From assembly GCA_964057225.1 (NCBI GenBank), contig OZ059896.1, forward strand, positions 8,680,001 to 8,744,000: DNA of 64,000 nt. Direction: 5' to 3'. The DNA is from Auanema rhodensis (taxonomy: Eukaryota > Animalia > Nematoda). Each line of letters starts with the position of its first letter. The stretch's first letter is position 1. Shown here one piece after another: positions 1 through 13,097 of this stretch. The notes under the pieces are model-generated. The model saw only the letters and a list, made by a program, of their open reading frames with translations. It had not been told where the DNA came from and did no database searches. A program made the position numbers and the translations under genes.

Positions 1-43
1 GAAGAAAATAATTAAGACAAAATTATGAAGTATATCGACTTAC

Positions 44-221
44 CGTTCTCACCAGGAAATCGCTCTTGGTTCAAATTAACACCTGATAACTCGGCGTCGT
101 ATGTCCTATTTGATAACTTCTGTTGTACTACGAATGAATATACAGTATATAAAAACCCTAGGCATATTAGGTATTGAACAACACTAACATATCTACGACT
201 AATATAACGGCTTAACTGCAT
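44..221 (-). CDS. First exon of a type II membrane protein, probably a polypeptide GalNAc-transferase (gly family); continues off the window edge
   Basis: TTTCAG acceptor at 236-231, ATG at 221, MQLSRYISRRYVSVVQYLICLGFLYTVYSFVVQ (short tail plus TM), then FPGENG resembling the ppGalNAc-T stem motif PGE(N/M)G; GTAAGT donor at 43. Confidence 0.55.
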
Positions 222-281
222 CAAGCCTTGCTGAAACAATATTTTTAAGTTTATAACAAGAGTAAAGTAAGGGAAATTATT

Positions 282-378
282 AGTTCATGAAACATTGATA
301 ATGCCACGCGGCAACACACGTTCATACAACTAATGAAACAGGCCCTAATGCAAACAGACACATTTGGGTGGGACCTGG
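282..378 (-). ncRNA. Candidate two-hairpin structured RNA between rpl-18 and the downstream gene
   Basis: CAGGUCC/GGGCCUG and AGUU-UAUGAA/UUCAUG-AACU stems with internal loops; G-U pairs favour the minus strand; no clean H box. Confidence 0.3.
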
Positions 379-623
379 CAAGAATTTAACTAATACGTCA
401 GTGATTATTATGTCTCCCAAATTTTCTAATATTCTACTATAAGTGTCTTCTTTATAGCTTTTCGATTTTAAATTACAAGCCCATTTCAGAGCTATAGCAA
501 CCAAAACCAAGTATTAAAGTGTGTATATACGCAAAAAAGTATGAACATATAATATTGACAAGTTTATTACGGTGCCTCCGTCGCGAAACATCGCAAAAAC
601 AATAACAACGAACAATAGTTGAT

Positions 624-1372
624 TTAGTTCTTGTAGCCCCTGCTGGCTCTGCGACCACGAGCTCTCTCGAACTTTCTTCCCTTTGATCTGACGTATGGCT
701 TGGTGTGACTGTGAGGTACTCCAGGAGCAGGTCCGAAGTGCTTCTCAGCTTCACGAGCCTTACGGGGTCCCTATAAATATGAATATAAGTTTATAAGCAA
801 AAATATAAAATTTACCTGGATGAGAAGGGTGTTTTCTCCCTTAGGGGCACGGATGGCGAGCTGGTCAAGGGTGATGATTTCTCCACCAGCCTTAAGGATA
901 CGGGCACGAGCGGTGTCAGTGACTTTAAGGGCAGCCAACTAAAAACTTTCAATAAACAAAAATAATCCTTAAACATGAAACTAACGGTGATCTTGGGAGT
1001 TTTGTAGAGACGAGCATCATCAGTAACAGTGCTCAAAGTAACAACGATCTTGTTGTCATTACCCTTCTTGGCCAAGATTCTGGCAATACGAGCAATGGAC
1101 ATTGGGGCACGGAATCTTCTGGACATGAAAAGTCTCTTTTGGATGATCTCGTTGAATTTAGCTCCAGTGCGACGAGCCAAATATCCGTAGACCTATATTT
1201 TACCAAAATATATTCATACAACAACTTCGAAAGCTTACCTTAGCCAAAATTCTGACATATGGATCTTCACTTCTTGGGGCCGTACGGCGAACCTTACGGT
1301 CATGCTTGTGATTGATGTCAATACCCTAATATAGGAAATGAATTGGCATATACATACAAAAAAACTCACCAT
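624..1372 (-). CDS. rpl-18: 60S ribosomal protein L18 (eL18), multi-exon
   Basis: Spliced [26 protein letters not shown]...[37 protein letters not shown]; ATG-only first coding exon at 1372-1370; AATAAA about 568-563. Confidence 0.98.
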
Positions 1373-2797
1373 GACGAAAAGCTACAAGCTTTCGGGATAC
1401 CCTAAAGCAAAAAAACCATTATAATGCATAATTATAAACACGATAACAAATATATGAAGAGTTGCTAACAATCCAAAGCAGATATACGTAAATTAAATAC
1501 TCACAAAACAGAAAATCTTTTAAAAAAAGGGGGCATAAATTTGGGATTCAAGGGTATTTCTACTATGAAAGTGTTGAATGGGTTACTGTAAAATGACCTT
1601 CGTGGTGGGACCAAAAATTTAACTTTGACGCCCTTGAAACATTTGAAAACTCAATTCAATAAAAAATTATTGTATACTGGAGCATTGTAAAACCAACTAT
1701 TTACCAAGGAATTAAACAATATAACATTTTAACATTTATCCTAGAATACTACAGAATTGCAGGTCGCAGCGAGTCCTTAGATTTTCGAGATGAGTTAACA
1801 GTGGTAGCAAATATAGTGCAGCTATTATTTTTAGAAGTTTGGATAGAGGGTCTTGGTTTATAATAAATTTAATTTAAAGAAACCTCTAAGAATAATCATA
1901 CTAAGCCAATAAACTTGCACTTGGGCTGTACTTTCTTGCAGGTTGAACCGAAATTCCAAAATGATCCTTCCACTCCTTGTTCCAGTTTTTATTTGCTTTC
2001 CAACCATTCTTCTGAATTCATAGTCTGTTTTAGTTCAGTTATCTGAGCTCTAGCTTCAGCTAGCTTTAAATATTATTTTTTTCCATGTACCTAAGATATT
2101 CATGTGGGTCTTATTGGAGTTTATATAACTAATTTTATTTCGCAGGTTGTTGTTTAAAAGTTCTATGTGATGCTTGTAGAAGTTGAAAGAATACTTCATG
2201 AGTTAAAATAACAACTATGTTATGATGTTCAGTTTACCTTGATTCTTATTTTATCACAGTCTAATCGCAATATTGAGACAGCATCTATTGTTTAAATTCA
2301 GCCTTTGCCTTTACTCTCAGTGTTGCAATAAGACTAGTTCTATTACCCCCAGTGTAGAATAAGAAAATGGAATGACCCACTTCTCAATTTTGTAAACGCA
2401 TTATTATGTGTGAGCATAGAATATATTGCGATTTTACAATATCTTACTACATTGCATTTTGTCCCACTGAAGCTTGTGAATTCAGCATTATAGGAAATTT
2501 TCTAGGCTACCTCCATGTGTTTAAAAACTACCTTAGTAACCACTTTTATGGAGTTGAGAGTGCCGTCTTATGAAAGATTTGTTGTCGCTTGGCAATTAAT
2601 GTCTTTCTCGATTTTTAAACTTGCAGATGTACTTGATATCAGCAAGTTAAGGCGCACTTCTCACGATATTTAGTTTTTTCTCGAAAGTGGTATTTATCTC
2701 ATTTTCTTTGTTGCTTTCTGTTTCCAATCCTATCCGCCATTTGTTTCCTTCAGCTTTTTTATAACATTGAAAATCCACATGCGTGTTACAGTTAGCT

Positions 2798-5700
2798 ATG
2801 CTAGATACTCTCTCAAACAGGACATGCTTCATTTGTGGTCAAGCCTGTCTCAATGATGCTCTATTATTTGTACATTTTCAACAAAATCATCCTAGAGAAT
2901 TGCTCACACTGTGTTTCAAGGTTTGTGAATGTCTCATTATTGCAATCATTTTGTTCTCTATTAGCTTGTTGGGAAGCTAAATCAAAATGACCAAGGAACT
3001 GTCGTTATTGATGAAGAAGATATTACTACAAAACTAAAAGCAACTAAATACTCCCTTAGTAATATTGATGATATACTAGCGCATTCCCTACATCAAGAAC
3101 CACGATCCAGAGCAAAAAGCTTCACGTCTGGCAGTTCGGATAGGCGAAGAAAACGAGTTAGACGTTATGCTCATCCAGTATGGTCTTACTTTGAAAGAAT
3201 GGATCGGTTTGACTGCGTCTGTTTATTATGTAATGGAGTTGTCCGGTCTGCTTGTTCTACTAACTTAAGCAGACACATGAAAAGGTATATTTTTTTTAGT
3301 TGATATGATCGAACAGTGTATAAAAAATCTAATCAAAGATCACTGAATTGATTCTCAATCACTTTCTTTCGCTAGTTCTGAACTATTTCACAGCTCATTT
3401 TGACTTTTTATGTAACTATTTATACTAATCATATTTCGAGAGGTTATTTTTCAGGCATCACCCGGAAACGGCGCTTCTGATGTGTCGCACTCGCGAAGCG
3501 TTGTTACTGTCCGACACATCATCGGATACCGACGAGAGCATGAAAGTTTTGGATAGCGATGAGAAGAAAAGAAGAAAAACGATAGAAGATCAAGTTGGAC
3601 TACGAGGACGACGACAGTACATGGGCGGATCCGATAGCCAGAGTCAATCGGACGGCCTGACCGTCCCTGCAAGATTATCGACAGAAGGCAAAGACCCATC
3701 TCTTCGTGTTGATCACTACCCACATTTCCACAACGACTCTGAGTGCCAGCAAGAATCTATTAAGCAGCTACTATTATTATCAACCACTCTTGACACTCAA
3801 CAGACACCTCAACGAAAGGACTTGGACGAAGACGAGAATATTTCGGCTGGTGTAGCTTGCTCAATTCCCAAGGAGAACGTGAATACATCTGTAGCAACAG
3901 ACATTACACGATTACTTCTTAAGAAGCGAACGATGAGCACATCAGGAGCCGTCGGTTACCTGAATAGTACTACACCCGCCCCTATACAATTAGGTTCGGC
4001 GGCTGCTTCCAGTACATCTTCTCCGTCGGCTCTTCCGTTGATTTACCAGTCCGGAAATCCGTTTATGAATGATAGTAGTATAAGCCCTTCTTCTGCTTCT
4101 ACCACTACTTCCTCGTCCAGTGCTTCGTCATGTGTCTTGAATCATGTGTCGGTTCCTCAGGCTCCAAATTCTGGGGCTGTATTATCTTGTCCTGTACCTC
4201 TTCATCCGTATTCTTTGGCCCCTGTTCAACCGCCGGTTGTTACTTCAACCTTAACTCTCGATTTATCGTCCCCTTGGTGCTCTTTTCCTACATATCCTGA
4301 TATTCGTCACATTGAGCAAGTTTCCTATGATCATGACGTTAGTATCAATTGTTAATTAAAAGTTTTTGAATTTAAAACATAATATCTTGTAAATATATTG
4401 ATTATTTCTGAATTTCAACACAGAATATCCAAAATTTTGAATGCATTCTCTAATAAGTTTGTTAGATTACTTAATAGCTTGTATTCAAATATTCCAAATA
4501 AACAATAATTGTAATTGTTCGTTTCCTTTCAATGCTCATTTTTCATTTAGATTCCGTATACTAATATTGGCACGGAACCAAAAATTGATCAAATGAAGTA
4601 TGATTTTGCTGATTTAAGGGCAAAACAGTTTGAAGAAACTCGATTGTATCATAAGGTGCTTTTTTCGTTTATTTGTATATATTCTAGTGAATTATTCATT
4701 CCAGCAGCAAGAGATTGTAAACTTATCAGCAAAAGAAAATGGAAAACTTTTCGAGGAGAAAGACGATGTCTCAGATAGATCTGCTCAAAATTCTTCAGAC
4801 ACTACTCCTCCTGCTAAACGTGGACGACCAACTGAAAATCCATGCTGGAGTTATTTCATACGTTTGGATGATCAAAATGTTCGCTGCCGTCTGTGTACAA
4901 AGGTTAATTTTCATTCAAAGTATTTTTTTTAACGAATTGAAACTATTCTCAGTTGTGATTTTTGGAATTTTATTTGTTGATTCTTATCTAACCATGCATT
5001 ATGTCGGTCTTTTACCAAACCAGGCTACTTGTTGTCCGAAAAGTGGGCTATAGTTTGCACCTAAACACTAAATTGAAAACCAGAGATACGATATAGAGGT
5101 CAATTAACCATATCGAATTTTTTTGAAACATTTTATTCCAAATTAGCTCCAGAAACATTAAAGTTAACTATATATATATATAAATATATATGTATATACC
5201 GTATTCAATAATGGGTGTGACCTCTCTCATCCCCCTAAAATGGTAGATATATCCTCTACGGTAATTCGACCCACTTACGAGATTAGATCAATCCAAGCAG
5301 CTGAAGCACCAAATCTCTCAGTAATCAACATTCAGCTTTGTTCCCTTTTCATTATACCTGAATCACTTCGACTTTTGAAACTTTTTTAATCCAAAAAACG
5401 TTTTCTTCTCTTTTCGTTTATCAGTTGGGTAGAGCGAACTTTTCCAGATAGTCGTTGAGGTCTCGTGATGCATCTTATTTCGAAGCAAAAAGAGTTGAAT
5501 CGGGTTAGGCCTACAGATTGCCCGAGGGCGCACCACCAGGTTTCTGGGCTTTGTTCTAAGAAACATACCACCTTCATTCTCTTTCAACCGAATTTCAAGA
5601 ATTAGTTTTCTATTATTGATTTATCGGCGATTGTTTAATGAAAAGACAAGAAAGATATCTGGGAAGAAGACAGCTAATGGCCTTGATAGCAAGTTGAAAC

Positions 5701-6737
5701 ATGGAAATTGACCTAATTCGGATAGAAAAAGGACTCTTATCCATCTTTAGGTTAAATAGAACAGCAAATAAGCAACTTCAAGAAACAGAGAAAAATTATC
5801 TGAAGTTGTGGGTGAAAACCGAATAACCTTGTTTATCTTTATAGGTCGTAAAGTCGGCTTGTGCCACCAACATGACCAAACATTTGGAGCGTCATCACCA
5901 TCAAGATTATCAGCATTTGATTATTCAAATCAAGCAATATAGGTAAAGTGAAAGACAACTTGTCTCATGAAACTAACGGCACTATTAGGTTTAGAACTCA
6001 GAAAGGACCCAATATACAACATAATACTTCTGATCAAAATCATTTGAGTTCTAATATCATGAACTCTGTAAATCCTGTGAAGACAGAAATTTTTAACGAC
6101 ATCTATGGCACAGGATTTGATACTACAGAACATGTATTCCGTAATTTTGGAGAGTATGAAAATACTGTAAAACATTCAAAACATAAAACTTAGTAACTTG
6201 TGTTATTAAGGAATCAAACGGATGGCAAAGAACTACATGGTCAGGGGTAAACCAGTGGCCTGCCCATCCTCATGATTTGACTTCCGCATCAACAGAACAA
6301 GAGACGAATATTTCTCGCACACATAGTAAGTCATTAACAGATTCATACTAGGCATCTAAATATATGATTTCTTCTATCTTGCATTGCTTCAGATATGAAC
6401 ATAGTTACAAAACCTCATCAAGTCACAGAGTGGGCACAAGTTGCTCCACCTGTTTCCGGTAATACTCGATCGGGAGAAAAGGCATACCTTAAAAGAAATA
6501 GGTAAGGCTTAACGAGAAATCATAAAATATGCCAGTATTTTCAGGAAAACTGAACATCCCGTATGGGAATATTTTAAGCGAACGGCCGATGGCAACGCCC
6601 AATGTACAATTTGTGCTGGAATAGTGAAAAGCCCCTGCTCCTCAAACTTTATGCGTCATCTTATGCGTCATCATTCTACCGAATATAATAATGTATATGT
6701 AAAATGGGTTGAGAAACGGGGTCCTAATAAATTTTAG
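2798..6737 (+). CDS. bed-3: BED zinc-finger transcription factor (one C2H2 plus three BED fingers), bed-3-like
   Basis: CFICGQ...HFQQNH; BED motifs HPVWSYF...CLLC...STNLSRHMKRHH, NPCWSYF...CRLCTKVVKSACATNMTKHLERHH and HPVWEYF...CTICAGIVKSPCSSNFMRHLMRHH; long Ser-rich exon 3455-4319; no transposase domain seen. Confidence 0.8.
5169..5198. repeat. (TA)n microsatellite in bed-3 intron
   Basis: tatatatatatataaatatatatgtatata. Confidence 0.8.
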
Positions 6738-7217
6738 GAACAGTCTTCGGTATAACACATAATCTGCTTTCACGGGTTCACAACTCTTTCTGCCCCTTAC
6801 TTCTAATTTCTAATAATAAAATAATATTTATACCTATTTGGTACATCAGAAAACCTTTCTATATCTTAATGTGCAATTGTTGTAAACTTTCATAGTCATT
6901 CCATTCACTGTCTCATATATCTTACGTTTTTAATTTTTCAGATAGCTTTCTTACCCAAGTTTACTAAATAGAAAATTATCTTAGTTATTATTCATAAAAC
7001 CCAAAAAACCATATAATCTTCGACTATATATATGTAAAGGGTATTCATTCGCTTATTACCTCATTTATATATCTAACGGTGCCTTCCCTTAAAGATTTCA
7101 TATACTTCCACTTTTCTGATTTGTTGTCATTTTTTTATAATAAAATGAACATATAAGCGCTGAAAAATCATTTCATACGTTCAGAACACATAACAAACTA
7201 CAATTTGAATGAGAACA

Positions 7218-8742
7218 CTAGTTTGCTTTGGTTTTTAAAAGATTAGCGTCGCGACCAGCCCGATATTGAAGAATTCCTTTGCACTTGTGTACCAGATAAT
7301 CAAGCTTAATATTATACCACAGGAAACGAGCGAAAAAGTCATAATTGATCTCAGACTTGTAAGCGTATGGAGTTCCCTCATATGGCTTCAAAACATCCTT
7401 AATTCCCTGAGTAGCTTCGACGAGATGGTAGTGGGGAATTTTGTTGAAGAAATGATGAACGACATGGGCTACAATGGATGATGTATGAAGCTAAACATGA
7501 AGAAATATATCCATACCATCTGTGATGTTGTGCATAGCGTTATCTAATCCAAAGCCATATGTGCGATCGATAGTTTGAGTTTGTCCACGAACGAAAGACC
7601 ATTCATCGTGTTCGTAAACCTAAATATCATAAAAATTAAATATAAACAAATTGATAAGAATGACTGACCTCAGCTTGTTCATCTGTGTGCTGTAAATAAG
7701 TGACAATAACTAGCATGCATCCATAGAAGGAAATTGGAATTGCATAGTACTTGACGAAAGTGAAAAGATCAGATCCACAAATCAAAAAGGCAATCTGATG
7801 TTAATTCATTGTATGCAAGAAAAAGATAAGTAACATACGTAAGCACATGCTGCACAGAGAGCACCACTGACAACGCATTGAATGCGTTCTTGATTGCTCT
7901 TAAAGAGTTTTGAATAAGGCCAGAAATGAGATCCATCACTGTACCCGAACACAGTATAAACTGGGAACCATCCAAAATAATAATCTTTTAGTATGATGTA
8001 ATTAATATTCACTTACTTTACCCAACCAGAAAGTGGGAAAGCATTAAAGTGCTTCATCCAGAATGGCCAAGTAACCCAATGTTTTTCTTGATTCCAAGGA
8101 TGCCCCATGTCCTTATCAATATGATTGGTGAACTAAAAAGTAAAAATAAAAAGCACATTATAATAAAAAATGTTACGGTATGATGCAATTTGTGACTTTT
8201 TTGCCAGGGAAAATATGGAGCTAACAAAGGTGCAAATGCAATATGTCCACAAATGTCATTAATAAGCTCAGACTCGGAAAACGATCCATGAAGGCAGTCA
8301 TGTCCAACAACAAATAAAGAAAAACCAAATACACCCATAAGGCAATACCTAAAACCACACCATAGTTCAGAAAATAGTTCAAACCCTACCAAGAAAATAG
8401 ACCAAAGAGTCCTCCATAATATTCGAAATAAGAGACAGTAAAGAAAAGTGCAGTAAGTATAGCGTAGTCCTAAATACAAATAATAAAAAAAATAATGAAA
8501 TGCAAAAAAAACCTGAACAAGATATCTTAAAGAAGTAGTAAGATTTCTTTCGAAGCAATGCTTGGGGATAGCACGTCGGAAATCATCTACTGACGGCAAC
8601 TTTGGCCGGTCCTAAAACATCCCCAGTTACACGAATAATAATATATACTAGTACTAACCTGACTCTTAAGAGTTTCAGTGGCTCTATCAGCCTGATCCTT
8701 TAAGGGTCGGACGGTAACCCCGTCTGCGGCATGAGCTACCAT
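7218..8742 (-). CDS. fat-1: Omega-3 fatty acid desaturase (FAT-1/FAT-2 family, FAT-1 type)
   Basis: MVAH start; His boxes HDCLH, HKLHH, HVVHH; [29 protein letters not shown] and [10 protein letters not shown] match FAT-1. Confidence 0.9.
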
Positions 8743-9850
8743 ACCTGAAATTGTAAAAAGTTAAAACAACTGAATTTTATAAAAAAAACTAAAATGAACA
8801 GAAGGAAAAGTTTAAAACTCGCGAATATAAATATGAAAATTCAAACTAAAGCACAAATAACGTTAAGACGCATCTAGCATTTTTCCCAATATGTTACAGC
8901 GACACCAGAAATGCGTCTGCTGGGCAGATCTGGCCATTTTGATAAGATTTGTACTTTGAAAGAAAACGAAAAAAGGTATAGAAGGACAAGAAATATCAAG
9001 TACATATATTTTATTAACAGTTATTTTCACTGAAATTTGAGTTTCTATGAAAATAAAAATATTCAATACATCTTCTGATATAAAAATATTTTAATGCTAG
9101 TTTTTTTGCGAAATATAGACTAAGCTTGACCAGAGCAACTGAATTGGTTAAACAAGAAGAAGGGGCAAATCTGACAGGAAGTAATAGATGAGAGCATTCA
9201 AGAAAATAGAGTGAAGAGCAAATAGAAAAAATGCTTCGAAAGAAGAGTGTTGAAAGTCAGCGTAGCAAAAACGCCCGGACACAGCTATTGCGTGTTCTCT
9301 GCTCTAGTTGAACCCGTTAGACCAAAGGCCGAACTTTAGCAGACATTTGTTCCCAAATTTTAGATGATAGATTCTAGAAAAGCGTTTCCTCAAAAAGAAT
9401 GGAAAAGCATTGATTTTTTCCTTTTATTCGTCTAATTCGCCCAAAAAAGGTTCAAAATAGAAAGAAAAAATTAATCACTGCGTAAGTGTGCTTCCCAAGG
9501 TTAACAAGGAAATCAGTATTAAAATCTTTTAGAAAACCAGGAAAGGAAAACGATAACCTTCTAATCTATTGCGCCGTATGCCCTATAGCACCTATCACTC
9601 TTTGCCAAAGTTATTATCTTATATTATAAAGTGCATCCAAGAAGTATTTAATTTTCCGAGACCTGACAGTTAACGATCATGTTAAATTTTGAACGAGTGA
9701 AGTTCTGCACCCAGTGTATAATGAGATCACGTTACAAGTACAAAACTTTTAGTCTTTGATATTTAATCTCATTTAGTTTCTTAAAATCTAAAAAAATATT
9801 ATTTTTAATAAATAAGTATTTATTATAAGATATATAGTACGAGTATCTAT

Positions 9851-11060
9851 TTATTGTGTTTTTCCTGCAGCCTTGAGATATTTCTTTCCTCCTTTATCAA
9901 TATATGACTCCTTGTAGAACCTGTTTTAAAAAAATAAAAAAACGCAAATATATGAAAAACTAACTGAATCCAAAGAGCGAAGTATGTTACTAGCATGAAA
10001 ACTCCTAAGAACCATCCCTTGAAAGTTACAGCATACTTTTCAGCAGATAGTAAACTTGCAACTCCAACATGCAATTGAGCTGCGATAGCAATAGCAAACT
10101 AATAGAATAATAATGATTATAACTTCTAATTTATAAAATATTTACCTGAACCATCTGACCAGTTGTGATAATTTGAGCTAGATGGGCTGGAACATGAATT
10201 TTAAGAGATTTTGCAAGGTAATATCTATAAATATAAATTTTCGAACTAATTTTCATTATAATCTGAACTTACGAATACATAAAGGCATGAATGATATAGT
10301 TCATCCATACAACCCAGAACATATGAGCATTGTCCTCGTGATAGCAAACAAGAGCATAATATCCAGTGAAGGCATGATGATACCTATTCAATAAATCATG
10401 TTAGTTAATGCTTTGTAGTTAATTTTTTGTTACCAATGCATGAACATTAAAGGTTTCTTTCTTAATACGATAAAAATGGTATCAATCAACTCAGGAATTT
10501 TGGAAAGAACCCAGAGCAAAACCCAATATCCGCATGATTTATCTGTCTGAAGTTCAGAAATATGCAGATGAACGTCTAAAAAAAGCATATTTGAAAGAAA
10601 ACTGAATTGTAAATCAGTACGTCCAATTCCTTTGTCAGCTACTACTCTAAGAAAAAGTGGGAAGGTGAATAGGAATCCAAGAAGTGAAAAAGTTGCTAGA
10701 ATTCCATTCCATATATTTAAAGGTACTAAAATTTTAAAATTATATCCAAATAAATGTTTTTTATATGAATTTCTCACATTGAAGATCAAAAGGTTTTCTA
10801 TCTCTCATATAGTATTTAATAGAGAAAACCACTGCCATATAAGCAACAGCTAACTTGATAGAAAAAGTTTCCAAGCTTAAGCAATAAGCTTTTGCTTTTT
10901 CATAGTTAAATTCATCAAATAAAATGGACAAAGTAGATACCTGAAATTAGGATGCTTCAAACATTTATTTTAAAATAATTCAATTTTTTATCTCATCAGG
11001 AGGGAGTATGACATATAACAGAATCACCGGAAAAAAACTTTTAATACTAACCTCAGCCAT
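9851..11060 (-). CDS. elo-5: Fatty acid elongase ELO-5 (monomethyl branched-chain FA)
   Basis: [77 protein letters not shown]. Confidence 0.92.
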
Positions 11061-11118
11061 TTTTTGATGACAGAATTTCAATTACCGCCAGATTAAGCAT
11101 ATAGAGGTACTTGATTTT

Positions 11119-11157
11119 CTTATATAGGTGAGTTAGAGTGGTCCCATATCACCCCAC
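11119..11157 (-). promoter_or_regulatory. elo-5 core promoter: TATA box and canonical SRE-1
   Basis: TATATAAG on minus strand at 11126-11119; exact ATCACCCCAC at 11148-11157; E-box CACGTG at 11222-11227. Confidence 0.65.
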
Positions 11158-12102
11158 ATCATCAAAACAGCTGACAAGAAATTTGTTGTCAGGAGATAAG
11201 CCTCATCTGTATGGAGATGTTCACGTGTATAATGGCAGGTACGGAAGAAGGTATACATAACTGAATGTTTCCACTATGAAAATGCTAATGTAGTAAAGTT
11301 TCGTAAATGTTCAAAGCATAAGTATTTATAACATTGTTCCTTTTTTAGATTATAGTAACAGTACCAATGATGCTTTATTCAAAATATTTTAACAATCAAT
11401 GGCAACAATATTTTCATATGGGCAAAACAAACTAGTGCATAAGCCTTGCATAAGGATTTAGATGTCATAATATGTGTAAAATACATTGTTAAAAACTTTG
11501 TATCTATTAAATATGTTTTCTGATTTTTTAAATTAATTTTTAACTTAATTCCAATGTAAAATTTTTACTTCTACTGATTTAGTTACCTCTTATCTCATCA
11601 CCCTTTTCTTTGATATGGTGCCATCGTTAATTCTCAATAAAATTTCTTACCATCACAAATTGATGAAAACTCACAATCTATTGTGAGAAAATAATAGTAA
11701 TTTTGCAATGAAAAACTTTTCTTCAATAATATTATATCATTACAAGAAATAAATGCATAGGTATGATGGATCATTCACTGCTGAAAACGTGGCGTACCTT
11801 TATCTTTTTCATTTTTCCCTCTAATCAACAAATTTGCAGAGAGAACTTTGTTCTAAAGTGAAACTTTGTACGAATTATAAGCACGATATGGCCCTGTAGC
11901 TGTCAGCAATTTTGCAGCAGGTCCGTACTTTGTACGAAATTATTCTTATCTATGTGCTAATATTTTCCTGAGATTACCGTACCACAAAACAAAATAAGAA
12001 AACAACAATATTATTATATTCTAGTTAATACATCATTATGACAATTTTCGTGAACACTACGAGCTCAACAGTAACTTAAGTAATCTTTCGAGAATAGAGT
12101 AT

Positions 12103-13097
12103 CTATTGGTCTTTCTTCTTAATTTCGGCATTATATTTCTTTCCACCTCCTCTCATATATGATTGGTAATAGAAGTTTCCGAATAACGCAACATAAGAGA
12201 TTTCCATAGCCAAGCAGAACCAGAAGACCGTATCAGAACAGCTTATCTGTTCTCCAGCAATATAGCGTAAATATCCTACATGGAAGAGAATAAAGTGGGT
12301 AATAATGAACTGCAAGAGTTGAAGAGTTGTTATGTTCTGTGCAATCCAGGCTGGAACTCGGACTCCAAATGATCGAAGCATATAATATCTAAAGAATGAA
12401 ATTCATGCAAAATTCTGTTTTCTACTATAAAGATCTCACTTACCCATACATAATGGAATGAACTGAGAAGTTCATCCATGTAATCCATGAGTTGAAAGCA
12501 GTGTCATGTACATAGGAGTACATAGCATAGTTCATAGTTAAAACATGGTGATACCTATAATTAATCTTATTTTGAAAATTTTCAGTAATAACTAACCAAT
12601 GTAAGAAAATGAGTGGCTTTTTTCTAAGAACAATGAAGAATGTATCTCCAAACTCGGCTACCTTACTCATCACGAAAATCCATGTCCACCATCCACATGC
12701 ACCTTCGAAGAAATCACCCATTTGTGAATAAGAAGCTGAATTTTTTCGATGTGAGGAAGTTCACAAAAAAATACATACAAACAATTCCTCTTTTATTTAT
12801 TTCGTTAAGAATTCCAAATCCTGTTATAATTCCTCCTAGTGTACTGAAAATAGCCAAGCAAGCATTCCAAATGTTCAATGGGGTTTTAAGCTAAATATTT
12901 TAAAGATTGTATTTAAACAAGTACTGATGGTTTACCTCAAAAGGTTTTCTATTAGCCATAAAGTGCTTAATAGAGAAAATGGCTACCATATAACCAATGG
13001 ATATTAAGAAACATGGATATGTCACTGAAGAAGTGTAAGCTTTAGCCTTCTCATAACTGAAAGATGGTGAAGCAGCTACTTCCCAAAATGTTGACAT
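12103..13097 (-). CDS. elo-6: Fatty acid elongase ELO-6
   Basis: [88 protein letters not shown]. Confidence 0.93.

Noticed and set aside
410-497. H/ACA snoRNA with AGAAGA hinge and ACA box
   Set aside because: The second hairpin is too short and weak
1985-2340. Minus-strand exon-like fragments (LAEARAQITELKQTMNSEEWLESK*; DAVSILRLDCDKIRIK)
   Set aside because: They cannot be joined without stops or introns of 30 nt or less; at best a decayed gene
4903-5843. ncRNA in the long bed-3 intron
   Set aside because: Only short isolated stems; enhancer sequence is an equally good explanation
2798-6737. hAT transposon, suggested by the BED fingers
   Set aside because: No DDE or dimerisation domain, no terminal inverted repeats, and a normal intron-rich host-gene structure
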